Assembly (NCBI GenBank): GCA_965645245.1
Contig: OZ287068.1
Location: forward strand, 3,286,001-3,350,000
Direction of reading: 5' to 3'
Origin: Massalongia carnosa
Taxonomy: Eukaryota
DNA: 64,000 bases
A model generated the notes under the pieces. It had not been told where the DNA came from. It was given only the letters and a program-made list of their open reading frames with translations, and ran no database searches. This document shows, one piece after another, positions 51,022-64,000 of the stretch. How positions within the stretch are numbered: position 1 is the stretch's first letter; each line of letters begins with the position of its first letter. Position numbers and translations under genes: made by a program.

Positions 51022-52500
51022 CGTGTCATAAAGAACCCAAGCTAATCGAATTTTGAAGATACAAGTACAACGGTGTGTTTAGTCATGACGAATGATGAAT
51101 GACGGAAAAGATTGAAATTGATGGCAAGGAAAAAGATTGTATGAGAGTGGTTGGGATCGGTATTGAAACGTCGAGTATAGAGTAACGTTGAGTAGTTTCA
51201 ACGTCATACAAGACGCCACAAAGCCGAATGTTATTTAAGATTCGACTAGAGAAGTTAGTGTCTCTACTAGAAAGAGATTAGTTCGCTCTAGATCCTCCCA
51301 AACTCGGAAACCTTTCATGTCATGTGATCCTCAACCATTCTCGCGCCCTGTCCGGGGAATACCGAGTACTCTGTACGGAGTACTGCATCGTCGCCTGGAG
51401 AGAATACTAGTAGTCAAAGCGCATCTTTCTTTCCGGCTTTTCGTCAGGATATTCAGGGGTTCAGTTCTACCAACATTGTGTGCATTGTCCTTTTCAGAAT
51501 CCAAACTGCCTGATGGACTATTAGCAAGGCTGATTTTCTCGTCACAGACCGCCAACATATTCCGCACATGCCTGAGCATGCCTGAGGATGGATCTATAGA
51601 GTTCTCACTTGAAGCCCTTTCGCTGTCTCCAGCCTGGCTATGTGCCTAGAAGCTTGTCCTTCAGCTATGTTCTCGGAACCCAAGTGGTCCTATCGTGATA
51701 GAGTCAGGGTAGGGAATAACTAAAGCCACGGATTTTTCATCGAGGATCGTAGAAGCTAATGTTCCTTCCTATTGCCGATTGCCTGGCTACTCTGTACGCG
51801 GTCAGCGTTAGCTTCAGCACTGTAGCGCTGAGAGTAGCACTGATCAGCAGCTGGTCACATGATTCGCCACGACACATCACATCGCCGATGTGAAAGAAGG
51901 CAAGATTCTTCGTTAACGGTTGACGTTACATTATTCTTGGAATATAGATAGATCAAGTCATGCACCTGACGTTTCTGATGCGGAAGTGCCGGAACGAGCT
52001 CGTGAAAGTAGTTGTGTGCGACGCTGGAATTCATCCCGTTTGCCTCTTCGGTTCCTCCCGCTGTCGATAGCTTGATTCTTCTACCGAGTACGTGAGTGCC
52101 AAGCACCGCCCATCAGGAACAGGTACTCACCGTCATAGTCCAGAAGATCAGCGTGAACTTGACTATTCTCAACGGATGTTCATTGGGCATGAACTATCGA
52201 CAGCTCTTTTCATCAGGTAACATCAATTCTCCAGACGACGAACGTGAGTGTTACATAAAGCGTTCCGTACAACGGCAACGTCCTCGTACGCACACTGGAA
52301 ACTTTGTCATCGCCGTACAGCACTGCGGGATGCTTTTAGAGCTCGGAGGAGAAATATCTCATGTTGACATACCTTCCAGCTGACTTCCAGAACCTTCAGA
52401 CTCGTATTCTGCTGCGGGGTAGCCGAAGCGATAATTGAATACGATGGCTTCACGGTCTCCAAGGCAGTAAGGTAGCGTCACGCCGCTATAGCTACTTCTC

Positions 52501-52510
52501 TATATAAAAA
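52501..52510 (+). promoter_or_regulatory. Putative TATA box
   Basis: TATATAAAAA about 160 bp upstream of the ATG at 52664. Confidence 0.55.
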
Positions 52511-52663
52511 CCGTCCCCTCATCTTATTGCTCTTCTATATTCACTTCAGTTCGTGCAATTCTCACGCTTAAGATCTATACAATTATCCACCATCACCCTG
52601 TAATTCAATACTCATACCTCATAGTGTTCACCTAACCCCTTTCCAACTAGAGTTGAAAAAACC

Positions 52664-53525
52664 ATGCATTTTCCTACCATCATTCTCCCCATCGCTCTGT
52701 CCCTTTCCCTTGCCTCTGCAACCCCCGCCCCCAAAGCACCTTACCAATTCCACCTCAAAACCGTTGTTCACCCAGGCCAAGACACAAGCAAAGACGGGCT
52801 TTACCTGAGCGCCTATCATGTCGGTAAGAGCCCTGAACATCCCATTCTACCCGTTTTATAAAACCTCAGAACCCTTCCCCCTCCTTCCTCTCTTCATATC
52901 ATCAGTTGAAGGATATATCCCCTACGAAATCCGCTAACAACTTATCTCATGATTTAGGCGCAGGCGACAACGATGCCTGGCTCACCACCATAGCAAAAGC
53001 TAACAAGGTCTCCATCAACGACACCCACCTTAATATTGAGCTGCAAGGCACCACCGTCCCCTGGGGCTTAGAGCCCCGCTCCGAGGCCTACTATACCCGT
53101 AAGTTATCTCTTCAGCTTTTCTACCCTAAGAAAAACATAAAATGTATGTTTCATGAGGGTTGTCTGACAGCACTATCTAGAATGGCTTTCCGTTGGCATA
53201 CCCGTCGGTTATGGCAGTGATGGATTCGTGATCAATGACTCGAAATTGGAGTGGAACGAGCCTGGCTTCAACGGCTGGTTGGGTACGTTTTCATCCCGTT
53301 TTCATTTCCATCCTTTTCGCCCATAACTTCTTCTCTCCACCCTACTCCTACAATATCCACCCCTCGGATCTCGCCAATACTAACTCCACCCCTCTTAAAG
53401 CCTGCGATTGGTGGCACGGCGTGCCCCAGCTCTTCTGGAAGAATACGGTCTTCGACCCCGCCACCACTCCGCGCAGCTGCTCCTCTGTCGATCTCGTGAC
53501 GGAGAAACTGCAAAGCTACCTGTAA
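52664..53525 (+). CDS. Small secreted fungal protein of unknown function, 4 exons
   Basis: Signal peptide MHFPTIILPIALSLSLASA; spliced product contains 'LYLSAYHVGAGDNDA', 'GFNGWLACDWWHGVPQLFW', 'PRSCSSVDL', a pattern recalled from a widespread fungal DUF family. Confidence 0.8.
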
Positions 53526-55218
53526 CGTAATTCTGTCGCCAACTGGGCAGTACATAAGTGCGAAAAAGCGGATAGTGCTGTGAAAGGGGGAGGAGGCGCT
53601 ACGTAGCTGGGGTTGTGGTGAATTCTTGTTCACTTTACTCGAAAAGGAGAGACTTATTAGAGAATACAGAGAGAGGAGGCAGTACATCGCTAGTTCCTTG
53701 TAGAAGCTGGCGGACATATCGCTTCTCCTCACTCGAGCGCTTTTATTTAATAGATCCCAAAAACCAACAAACTAATAATCCAACAGACTAATAACAAAAA
53801 TACCTAGCCCATATATTTTTCCTCCTCTCTCCCCATCTCAATCCCGTACACATACACATACATTACCAACATACGCTATATGCGTGAATTATTTTTATGC
53901 CCTTTCCCCTTTCCACCCCCTTAATCCATTCCGTACCCTTTCTTACATCTCTAAAATCTCGTGAAAAGCGACGCAGCTCTTTTTTCAAATCAACCAACAT
54001 GTTCGGAACGTCGCTAAAATGCCAATAAATACTTGGGGTAGCGAGCACGAAAGACCCTCCGGGAAAGGGGAGACGGGGTAAAGTAGTTGGTAAGGAATCT
54101 ACAATTTACAATTCCCTCCGTTCGGATCTTCACTCCGCTGATTTGTATATGGTATGTGTGTATATACTTTTTGTTTCATTTTGGGCTTTCGAAGACGATT
54201 AGTTCAGCTTAGATAATCCCCCCCGGGAGCTTGGTGTGGGGGGGAGGTTGTTGGCTGCATTCCTTTTTTTTCTTCTTCTCCCCCTACATCTCTTTCTTAA
54301 TCCATCCGTCTATCCGCTTCATCCGCTTATCCGCTTCTCCATCTTCTACCCCCTTCCATTTCCATATCCAACCCCTTATCTATTCCCCCATATCATGTCA
54401 AGAAAGATTCAAGAACGCAGTAAAAGAATCTTTCTCGAATCTTCTAGATCGTCTCCCTACCTGACTCTACTACCGGAGCTAGATCTAGGATCTTAGGCTG
54501 CGTTAGCGTTGGCGTTAGAATGGAGGGAAGAGGAGTGGAGAGAATGGGAGGGGATGCAGGGGAGACCCCGGGGGGAGGGGGGGGGAAAGGAGAATGAGAG
54601 AGAACAGTAAGTAAAGAGAATCAAATAACCGTAGCTTAAAGGTCAGAACGGTTCGTTCGTGGGCTATTAATAGTTAGCTGGATGGTTGACTGTGGGAGGA
54701 CGTGCGGACGGATGGGCAGTCAATCCGTAATCGATGACAATGACGATGACGACGATGATGATAAAAGAGGGAAGAAGAGAGAAAAAGAGACGAAGGCAGG
54801 AAGGATGAAGGGAACATGGAAAAAGGAAGAAGAAGAAGAAGAAAATAAGAACGAAATGATGCCGTTTACTTACCAATTCATCACACATCACCTGTTAGGT
54901 CTGATGTTGTTAAAGAAAGAAGGTACATATCTCCAATCGAGACACATATCTACCTAGCTAGCTACACAGGACATCATGCTCATGCCGGGCGCTTGACATG
55001 CACGTTTCAAGGACTTTGGAAATGACTGTGGGTTACATCCAGTGGTGGCGCTTGCAGCCTAAAAGCGCCCGAGAAATCGCTTCGTGTCACATCCAGCCAC
55101 AACAGCCAATGATCTTCCAACATACTCGAAAACTACCCACAGCGCGAGAAACTTGCAGAGCTCCCAAGAAGTCGCCCGTGTGGGAGACGTTGTCGTATAA
55201 AAACCCGAGACGTAAAAG

Positions 55219-55667
55219 TCAAGAGTTCGCCATCGCAATGACGTAGTTAATCTTGTCCTGGGGATTTAGATACTTTTGGATTTCTAGTCGTAACTCCGCA
55301 GGCAAGAACTGGATGCTACAACGCACAGGCCGTAGGAGAAACAGTGGGCTCCCTTTGCAGCGGAAACAGTCGTGAAAGCCTCGGCAGCCATCCATCAGCG
55401 CGCCGAGTTGTATGGAGTCGATCCAAGGAGCTAGACCATGGTGGACAAGAAGATGATATGCGGCGACCATCAACGCTGCATATTCGGACAGATCCAAGCG
55501 CTCCAAAATGGCGAGCATGAGTTCAGTCGGTAGACTATATAAAGGATTTGCGTATAGCGCAAGGAGTTTTACCCGGCGAGCTTGGCGATGTGCTTCGCGC
55601 CCTTTGCTATGGGTACACAGTAATAGTTGGCTGCATGAGCAACCACATACTGACATCTTTGCTTCAT
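55219..55667 (-). CDS. Small protein with two F-box-like motifs
   Basis: 'PLYSLPTELMLAILERLD' and 'IQFLPAELRLEIQKYLNPQDKI' in ORF 55219-55719. Probable start MKQRC at 55667 with a 44-nt intron 55650-55607, or unspliced from ATG 55674/55656. Confidence 0.55.
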
Positions 55668-55684
55668 TCAGCATGCTTCGTGCG

Positions 55685-56608
55685 TTAGAGATCCTTTTTC
55701 GTAGCGCCCTCAGCTTCAAGAACGGTCTCGTTTAATTTTAAAAGGTGATAGAGATACAGCCAGATGAAGTCAGAAAGATACCAAGCTCCTAGCGCGATGA
55801 CGAAAAGATATCCGGCGGTTGGAAGTAGTGATCTGGGAAAGAGGTTGAGGAGAAATGGGTCTAGAACTAAATGGGCAAAATTAGTTTGTATACTTCCCTA
55901 CTGTCATGGGGCCTTCACTTATATCAACATTAACTGGAGGCACATGTTGCATCAATGTGCGGTTGGTAGTGAAGTAGTCTGCGGCTGCAGACACTCGCAG
56001 AAACAATGTTATCGATTGCTCTTCTCTAGAAACAATATTTGACGTGTACGAAGAAGGCTTGTGTTTGTTTTCTTTTGTGGCCGTGGCTTTAGGCACAGCG
56101 GGTTGCTGGTTTTCTGAATACACAGCAAGAGAAGAAATGAGATCTGGAGTGTTGAAGACTTTGTTGATTTCAAAAGTTTGCAGGATGAAGGATGTTGGTT
56201 GCTAAGTACCGGGGTAAGCAGAAAGCCGGCAAGCAGATGTATTATCGACATCACATGGAACATCATATGTAAAACCGGAGCGTGTTGATATATATGGCTC
56301 TCGCGAGGATCACTAACAGTAGCAGCCCAACAGATGCGAATCTCATATCTCTGCCTTTCATCCAGTCCTTCCACCAACAACCACGTCTCGGTCCCTTGCG
56401 CAGTCAACGTGGTAGGAAAAGACGCAGCAATCTGACGACGGAGGGTCCCATGGGAGGGTGATAGCACATCTAGGTGAAGATCCTCTAGATTCGGATGAGT
56501 ATCCGGAAAGGGAATGAATGGTGGGCCGAGGAAAATGGTCTTTTCTACGTTGGCTAAGATTCGAGGTAGGCTGCAGAGCAGAGTCAAGTGGGAAATGGCA
56601 ATCCGCAT
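55685..56608 (-). CDS. PGA1: GPI-mannosyltransferase II co-activator (Pga1-like), 3 exons
   Basis: Signal peptide then 'ANVEKTIF', 'RYEIRICWAAT|QPTSF', 'AAADYF', 'VDI|ILDPFLLNLFPRSL', C-terminal TM and dilysine-type end 'TKKDL*'. Confidence 0.75.
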
Positions 56609-57062
56609 GCCGGATTCATCACCGCACTCCCAAGCGTGTAAGAAATAGAAGAGAAAATTTAGGAAGCCAGAGTTTTGATCTTCGTTGACTAACCAAAGGC
56701 TACATGTGAGGAATGTGATAATGAAGTTGAGAAACACTTTTCAGCGTACCTTGTACGTTTTGCATTAAATGATATAAAATGTGATCCAACGAAAATGAAT
56801 ATCGAAATCCTGACAACCGAACGTCCAAAATAAGTTTAACGTGAGTGTGCATAAGCTAGTAAAAATCTAACGCTATTTATCTTTAGCGCAGCCATACAAC
56901 GCCTTATCACTGGACCCGGGATAACAACAAAACACCCACACAAAATTCTTCCATCTGTTGACTTCCACTCACTTTCAACCTCAAAACTAGAAGATCTTTG
57001 CTTGAGTGCGTAAACCCAATACTAAAAGAAGTTTTTCTACATCAAAGACACGTATTTTCACT

Positions 57063-58839
57063 ATGAGAGAAGTCATTAGCTTAAACGGTATGTAACTACA
57101 CGCATCGATGCACCACTGCTATTGTCGTCGATGAATGCCTCTAAGCCCCCAAGGACCTACGGCTGACTTGATTGCGTGTAAAGTTGGGCAGGCCGGGTGT
57201 CAAATTGCAAATTCCTGCTGGGAGGTAAGTTTGTGGGTTAGGAAAACCATGGGTTTTTTTGAGAGAGCATTTGGTTCCGAGAGTCAAACCCTGGCTAAAA
57301 AATGAACCTGATAGCTCTATTGTCTGGAACACGGTATTCAGGTTCGTGGACTTCTTCAACCTGGTCTCGAGGCCTTGAAGGCTTGGTTTAAACATACTGA
57401 CGCGTCTTTTCTTCGATCTAGCCTGATGGTTACCTCACTGAGGAGAGAAAATCCGAAGACAAGGATCATGGTTTCAGTACCTTTTTCTCCGAGACTGGTA
57501 TGAATTCCTTCCTGGCTGATCAGAGAATTGCGCCTGCTAAACTAAAGTATTTTAGGGCAGGGCAAATATGTTCCTCGCACCATCTACTGCGATTTGGAAC
57601 CAAATGTCGTAGACGAAGTACGAACTGGCACATATCGTAGCCTTTTTCATCCGGAGCAAATGATTACTGGAAAGGAGGACGCATCCAACAACTACGCTCG
57701 CGGTCACTACACCGTTGGAAAGGAGTTGATCGACCAGGTCCTAGACAAGGTTCGTCACGTTGCTGACAACTGCTCCGGTCTTCAGGGTTTCTTGGTATTC
57801 CACTCGTTTGGTGGTGGAACTGGCTCAGGATTTGGTGCGCTCCTCATGGAGCGTTTATCGGTGGACTATGGCAAGAAGTGCAAGCTGGAATTTTGTGTCT
57901 ATCCCGCTCCCCAAGTCGCTACCTCGGTGGTGGAACCCTACAATTCCATCTTGACAACCCACACCACACTAGAGCATTCTGACTGCAGTTTCATGGTCGA
58001 CAACGAAGCCATCTACGATATTTGCCGTCGAAACTTAGGCATTGAGCGACCAAGTTACGAAAACTTAAACCGTCTGATTGCTCAAGGTATGAAGCCCAGA
58101 GAGAGTCTACAACAACCACGCTAACGCTTAGTTCAAGTTGTCTCATCTATCACTGCCTCTCTTCGCTTTGATGGCTCGCTCAACGTCGATCTCAACGAGT
58201 TTCAAACCAATCTCGTGCCCTATCCTCGTATTCATTTTCCACTTGTCGCTTACGCGCCTGTTGTTTCTGCTGCCAAGGCTTCACATGAGGCGAACTCTGT
58301 TCAGGAAATTTCCATGTCTTGCTTCGAGCCAAACAACCAGATGGTGAAGTGTGATCCTCGTAACGGCAAGTATATGGCTACCTGCTTGCTGTACCGCGGA
58401 GATGTGGTACCCAACGATGTCCACGGCGCAGTAGCAATCTTGAAGACCAAGCGGACTATCCAATTCGTCGATTGGTGCCCTACTGGCTTCAAGATTGGTA
58501 TTTGCTTTCAACCTCCCCAGATGGTTCCCAACGGTGACCTTGCTAAAGTAAACCGTGCTGTGTATGTTCAGATAGCCTTTTTACCTTATTCGTTTGCTAA
58601 CCTGCTTCAGCTGCATGCTTTCCAACACTACCGCCATCGCCGAGGCTTGGTCCGCTCTTTCACACAAATTCGATCTTATGTTCTCGAAGCGCGCTTTTGT
58701 GCATTGGTACGTTGGCGAGGGCATGGAGGAAGGTGAATTCTCCGAAGCTCGCGAAGATTTGGCTGCTCTGGAGAGAGATTACGAAGAAGTTGCTACCGAA
58801 TCAATTGATCCCGAAGATGGAGCCGAGGCTGAGTACTAG
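57063..58839 (+). CDS. tubA: Alpha-tubulin, 6 introns
   Basis: [41 protein letters not shown], '[11 protein letters not shown]', C-terminal 'GAEAEY'. Confidence 0.99.
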
Positions 58840-59584
58840 ATGGATCAAGATGCAATGCCCGGCGTTGGTATTTCCATCTTCACATGCGGCGGAGGATTGT
58901 GTTTTAGAGCTGCACGGTCTAGGCAATATTCATACCGTTTTTTATCCCTGTTGTTGGCTACAGCAGATTGTTCCTCGTGGCTCACAACACTTTTGACCTA
59001 TTTTTACTCCTAGCGATGCTAGACAGCTTCTAGCATTCTTAGGTCTGCAAACATGGAGGGTGTCAATTGCGAAGAAGCATCTAGTTAGCGAAAACACGGG
59101 CACTGTACATGTGACGTCCTTTATATCATTGTAATGCAACACGCAAGATCAAGGTTCCAAGGTTTTTAGGGATTTCAAGCCAAAGGCTCTACTTAAGGAA
59201 CGCTCACGCTTGTAGACATGCTTTAACATACCCAATTTTCATCCATTGACTGGGTCAATCGGGATTCTGCCTATATGATACGCGCCAGACAAGGGTCAGC
59301 GAGAATCGGGCCGTCCAGCCAGCGATCACCCAAGGGTCCTCGGGCTTCCGGAGGCGCTAGGCCTTTTGGAGGAAGTCGAAGCTTTGGGGTCTGGAAAACA
59401 CATTTTCTTGGTAACATCCATCATAATCTGTACTTCTCTTCAGCAAACCCTTTCATTGCTACCATTAAACATCTCATCCGCGTTGCATCACTTTCAGCTC
59501 AGCTCGTGGAGCTTGTGTTAAGACTTATCGCTAGCGTATACCAGCCTCGGGGGCGGAAAATTTACTAACTGAGCTTGGGAAGCA

Positions 59585-62500
59585 ATGGCGGACGGTGACA
59601 ATCAGCGTTCGTGGAATTCGATCATCGAAAAAACATAGGTCTCTGAATCACTGACGCTGACCGTTATATTCAATAGATCATCCCAATTTACACTTGAGCT
59701 CGGAAGAAAGACGTCTCTTTGGTCAGCTCTTTGCAGCTGCGGACAGCGAAAAGTTAGGCGTCGTGACAGGGGAGGTGGCTGTTAAGTTCTTCGAGAAAAC
59801 AAGATTGTCGCCCGCAATACTGGGAGAGGTATGCTTAGTAATGTGGAGGATTATTCGGGTTCTTTCGCTGACCGCGTAGATATGGCAAATCGCGGATGTT
59901 GAAAACCGAGGGCTTCTCACTCCAGCTGGTTTTGAAATTGTTTTGAGGTTGATTGGATATGCTCAGGCCGGGCGTTCAGTGTCGGCGGAGCTTGCCTTGA
60001 AGCGTGAGCGATGTGGTTGTTGATCGCTGAAGCTGTCTGCTAATCTCGACTTCAGCCGGTGGACCATTACCCAGGTTTGAGGGAATCACAGCACCATCGC
60101 TTCCGCTGCCCACGACGGCTCCATCGCCACTCCAGGCGCAGCCAAGTGGTGGTCCCATAAGAGTACCCCCGTTGATACCCGATAAAGTCGCTCAATATTC
60201 GGCCATGTTTGAAGAATCAGGTGCTCAAAATGGCCTCCTATCTGGTATGGACTCGTGCATTCGATTCAAAAGACAGTAGCTGAGATGGTGTGTGAAACAG
60301 GGGAGACTGCAAAGCAAATTTTCGAGAGGGCTCAGCTGCCGAATGAAGTGCTTGGCCGCATATGGAACCTTGCAGATACGGAACAGAAGGGGGAGCTCGG
60401 TCTGACGGAGTTTATCATCGCCATGCACTTGTTAGCTTCCTACCGAAGTGGTTCGATGCGCGCGCTACCAAGTGTTCTCCCTGCCGGTCTTTATGAAGCG
60501 GCTTCAAGGCGGCGAGGACCACGCCAACTAACAGGATCGCGACCTGGCTCTGGTGTTGGGTCAGTAGGCCCAATTCCGAGACAGTTTAGCGGGGGACGCT
60601 TCTCAGCAGCGCCAAGCCCAGAAATCCGGCCAGCTTACCCACAATCCCAAATCTCGTCCACTCCGGTTTCAGAGGAATGGGCAATTAGTCCTCGTGATAA
60701 AGAAGCTTTTGATCAGATTTATACCACTCTCGATACGACTAATCGTGGCTTCATCACGGGTGATCAAGCCGTTGACTTTTTCAGCAATTCCAGGCTCCCT
60801 GAGCATGCGTTGGCTGAAATCTGGGACTTGGCAGATATCAACTCCGAGGGCCGACTAAATCGAGATGAATTCGCCGTGGCAATGTTTCTCATACGGCAAC
60901 AACGAACCAAGAAGGATGGACGAGACGTACTGCCGAAAAAATTGCCGCCGAACCTGATACCACCAAGTATGCGCCGACAACCACATCCTTCCCCCCAACC
61001 TCCTACACCTTTGTTTGATAATGCTGCAAATACCACCGTCCCGAGATCGGCATCCGAAGATCTTTTTGGGCTTGATGTGTTCACATCTCCCTCTCCCGAA
61101 GCTTCACGGGCTACTGGCAACTCTACCTTGCAGAAAACATCTGGGCTAGTAACGCCCCAGGTGCAACAACCGCAACAGCAGCTGTCTACTTTCAAACCCT
61201 TTGTTCCTTCGTCCTCGTTTGGACAGGCTATGATGACTCCACAGTCCACCGGACTTGCAAATCTCGGCGGTACCAGCGAGAATAGGGGAACCCCGCAAAA
61301 GCCAGTCTCTACTTCCGATGACCTGCTTGGGGACAACGACCCTGAAGTGAGCAAAAGCCTCACGCATGAGACTACTGAACTGGCAAATCTGTCGAACCAA
61401 GTTAGTAATTTGACCAGCCAGATGCAAGCGGTAAGATCCAAAAGGGTATCAACAGAACAAGAGTTGTCCAAGGCCCAGGCGCAAAAGCGCGAATTTGAAA
61501 TTCGTCTATCGCAGTTGCGCTCTGCATATGAACAAGAGGTAGCGGTGGTCAAGGCGCTCGAAGGGCAACTTTCAACCTCCAGGAGCGAGATCAAGAAGCT
61601 AGAACACGATCTAGCTCTAGTTGATGGCACCTATCAAGACCTCCAAAATCAGCATGCACAAGTCGCTGGAGCTTTGGACGCGGACCAGAAAGAAAATCTA
61701 AGGCTAAAGGAGCAAATCCGGCAGACCAACAATGAGATTAGCGAGCTCAAGCCTCAGCTTGAAAAGCTAAAGTCAGAGCTTCGGCATCAAAAAGGTCTAG
61801 TTACTATCAATAAGAAGCAGTTAGCCACCAACGAGAGCGAAAGAGGGATATTGCAGGGCGACCTAGAAAGAACTCGAAAAGAATCGGAAGACACTTTGAG
61901 AGAAATTGAAGAAATTCGTAGTTTGGAGGGAAAACCCGATGCCCCTAAATCTATGTTAACCGCGAGCCCTTTAACTGCGAGCCCTCCAACATCGTCATCA
62001 AGTATGAATCCGTTCTTCCGGCAAGCTACTGCGTCCCCCGAAAAATCACTTGGTTCCCCCTTCATGCCTCCGAATAGCTCGTTGCCAAACCACAATGCTT
62101 TTGATAGTCTCTTTGGACCATCCCTTGCCTTATCAACCCCTCCGTCAGGACCTCCACCTACCTCCTTCAGAGCCGATTCTCCAAGCAACATTCATGCTTC
62201 GCGTGCCCCAGTCATAAACTCCACGCTATCTACGAGATCATCCGATGGTCCCGATGTGCCAACCCCGTCGGAATCCCCCCCACCGTCAGCCTACAACGAC
62301 AGCTCCTATTCTGCAGGGGTGCCACCTCCGCCCCCTCAATCACGCCAGATAACCTCCAGCTATCTGCCGTTACGTAATTTGGCGCGTTCTGATTCTACAA
62401 GCTCTTCCGTTAGAGTGGTTCCTCCTGCAAGTCGCATGGGAGACAGTTCTGGCTTCGATACGCCGAAAGAGCGGCAGTTCTCCTACTCCGACCTTGCCAG

Positions 62501-64000
62501 TCAAAATTACACAACACAGCTATCTGATGAGACAGATGTAAATTCAACGACAGGCGATCTCCAGTCGGGGCCAGCTACTCCCCATCATGTGCCGTCGCCT
62601 GAGAATGGACAAGAAAGTGTCAGTCAAGAAATGCCGGGGGCATTCCCTGGCGGCTTAGCGTCATCAGCTCAGCCTTTGCTTGCAACATCGGATGTAAGCT
62701 CTGGTCACGTTCAGAATCCTTCCAATGAGCCATCAACACGAGAGCACGATCCTTTTGGTCCTGTCCACGAACAATCGCGAACGCTTACCTCAGGGAAGGA
62801 TGATTTCGATGCAGCCTTCGAAAGCTTCAGTAACCCTGTCAAAGCCTCGGAGAAAAGTAATGGTGCTGCGTTTTCTGGTCAAGCAGGACAGCCCAAAACT
62901 CACGGAGAGTTTCCCCCAATACAGGATATTGGTGCCGACGAAGACAGCGATAGCGATTACAGTGATCATGGATTCGATGACAATTTCACAGCAGCCTCGC
63001 CTCATCGGCCACAAAATGTTTCGAATGATGCCCAAGCATCGCAATCGCATCACCTTAACAAGGAGAGCTATCTGGCTCCACTACGTCCTCTATTGACTTC
63101 GAATGATTCGAATGAAAGCCAGTTGCCAACACCTGGTGCTCAAACGTCTCCTCCTACATACAACCAAACGATAGCCCCGATTGGCCGGCCAGGCCAAGCT
63201 AGAGAATCAAACCAGTTCCCTGCGGAATATACTGGCTTGTTGCCCTCGCGTGCCAATCCAACCTCCCTCCCGACGTCTCCACCATCTAACGCAGCGCCAC
63301 AAAAAGACGGCTCGCCAGCAGTGAACGAAAAAGGGTTAGGACTTATCAGTGGTACAGTGGAGGCTTCTAGCGGCTCTCCGTCGGCCTCTGTGCCTGTGCC
63401 ATTTGCCCCCGGTGCCTCAGCAGCGCCTTATGCATATGAACAATCCTCCACAAAACATAGCCAACCTCATGCCATGCCTCCCGTGCCCGGCAAGACAGCC
63501 CTGACCGACGATTTCGACAACGAGTTTGGCGATCTCTCCGAAGCGAAAGAGGCTGACGATAAGGGCGAAGACGAGTTCAACCCAGCGCCGAAAGATGGCT
63601 TTGATGAATTTAACCCCGTCTTCGATTCCCCAATCCCATCGAGGTCTGCTGCGCATGCTCCTGGTAGTACATTTCCCGCCGAAGATGACTTTCGCAACTT
63701 TGAATCAAGCATATCCGGATCCGCCATACCGACTTCGAACTCACGCCGAGGAACCGATCAAGCGCCCTCGAGCTCTCATCACGATTGGGATGCCATTTTC
63801 GCAGGCCTTGAAACCCCCCAGAACAATGGCGTGCAAGGAGGTTCCAAGCCGGTGGAAACTTCTGACCCAGAACATAGCAAACCTCCAAGGCAAGCAGGCT
63901 CTGCCGATCAGTCTTCGAAACCACCATTGCCGAGGGGTCTCAGTATGGGCACCGATCATGATGATCCGATTTTAAAGCGGTTGACTGGAATGGGCTATCC
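59585..64000 (+). CDS. EDE1: EH-domain endocytic adaptor (three EH domains, coiled coil, Pro-rich region, UBA), 3'-truncated by the window
   Basis: EH motifs 'LGEIWQIAD', 'LGRIWNLAD', 'LAEIWDLAD'; 'DDLLGDNDPE' then coiled coil; 'NPFF'; start of UBA 'DDPILKRLTGMGYP' at the window end. Confidence 0.93.

Noticed and set aside
60764..63975. Long antisense and alternative-frame ORFs over EDE1
   Set aside because: Shadows of the long EDE1 exon.
1..64000. CRISPR arrays, intact transposons or LTRs, Starship captain, NRPS/PKS cluster
   Set aside because: No repeat-spacer array, transposase/RT/integrase motif, tyrosine recombinase or backbone synthase was seen.

Overview
Eukaryotic DNA from a filamentous ascomycete (Pezizomycotina), judged from short GT-AG introns with CTRAC branch sites and fungal-type housekeeping genes. 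Conserved blocks: CNS1-like TPR co-chaperone head-to-head with cytosolic HSP70 (7.2-11.4 kb), EMI1-like/YME2 (11.8-15.4 kb), CTF4/sepB (19.3-22.2 kb), BRX1 (27.3-28.5 kb), a WW-domain protein and an F-box/LRR-like protein (45-51 kb), then PGA1-like, alpha-tubulin and EDE1 (55.7-64 kb, EDE1 cut by the window end). Gene-poor accessory tracts (about 1-7 kb, 22.3-25 kb, 28.5-44.9 kb) hold decayed genes (Pth11-like membrane protein, cytochrome P450 with two in-frame TAA stops and a frameshift, a possible chitinase/toxin-like relic) and small spliced genes that the ORF track shows only in fragments. These include a tandem defensin-like 12-Cys secreted peptide, a secreted protein with a hydrophobin-like cysteine pattern, a 96-aa two-zinc-finger microprotein (at 18.4-18.7 kb), and a double-F-box-like ORF starting about 17 nt after the PGA1 stop. 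A recurrent C-rich to G-rich compositional switch and a dense GTAC cluster are also visible. No rRNA, CRISPR array or intact transposon was recognised. All family assignments come from motif recognition by eye; no searches were run.
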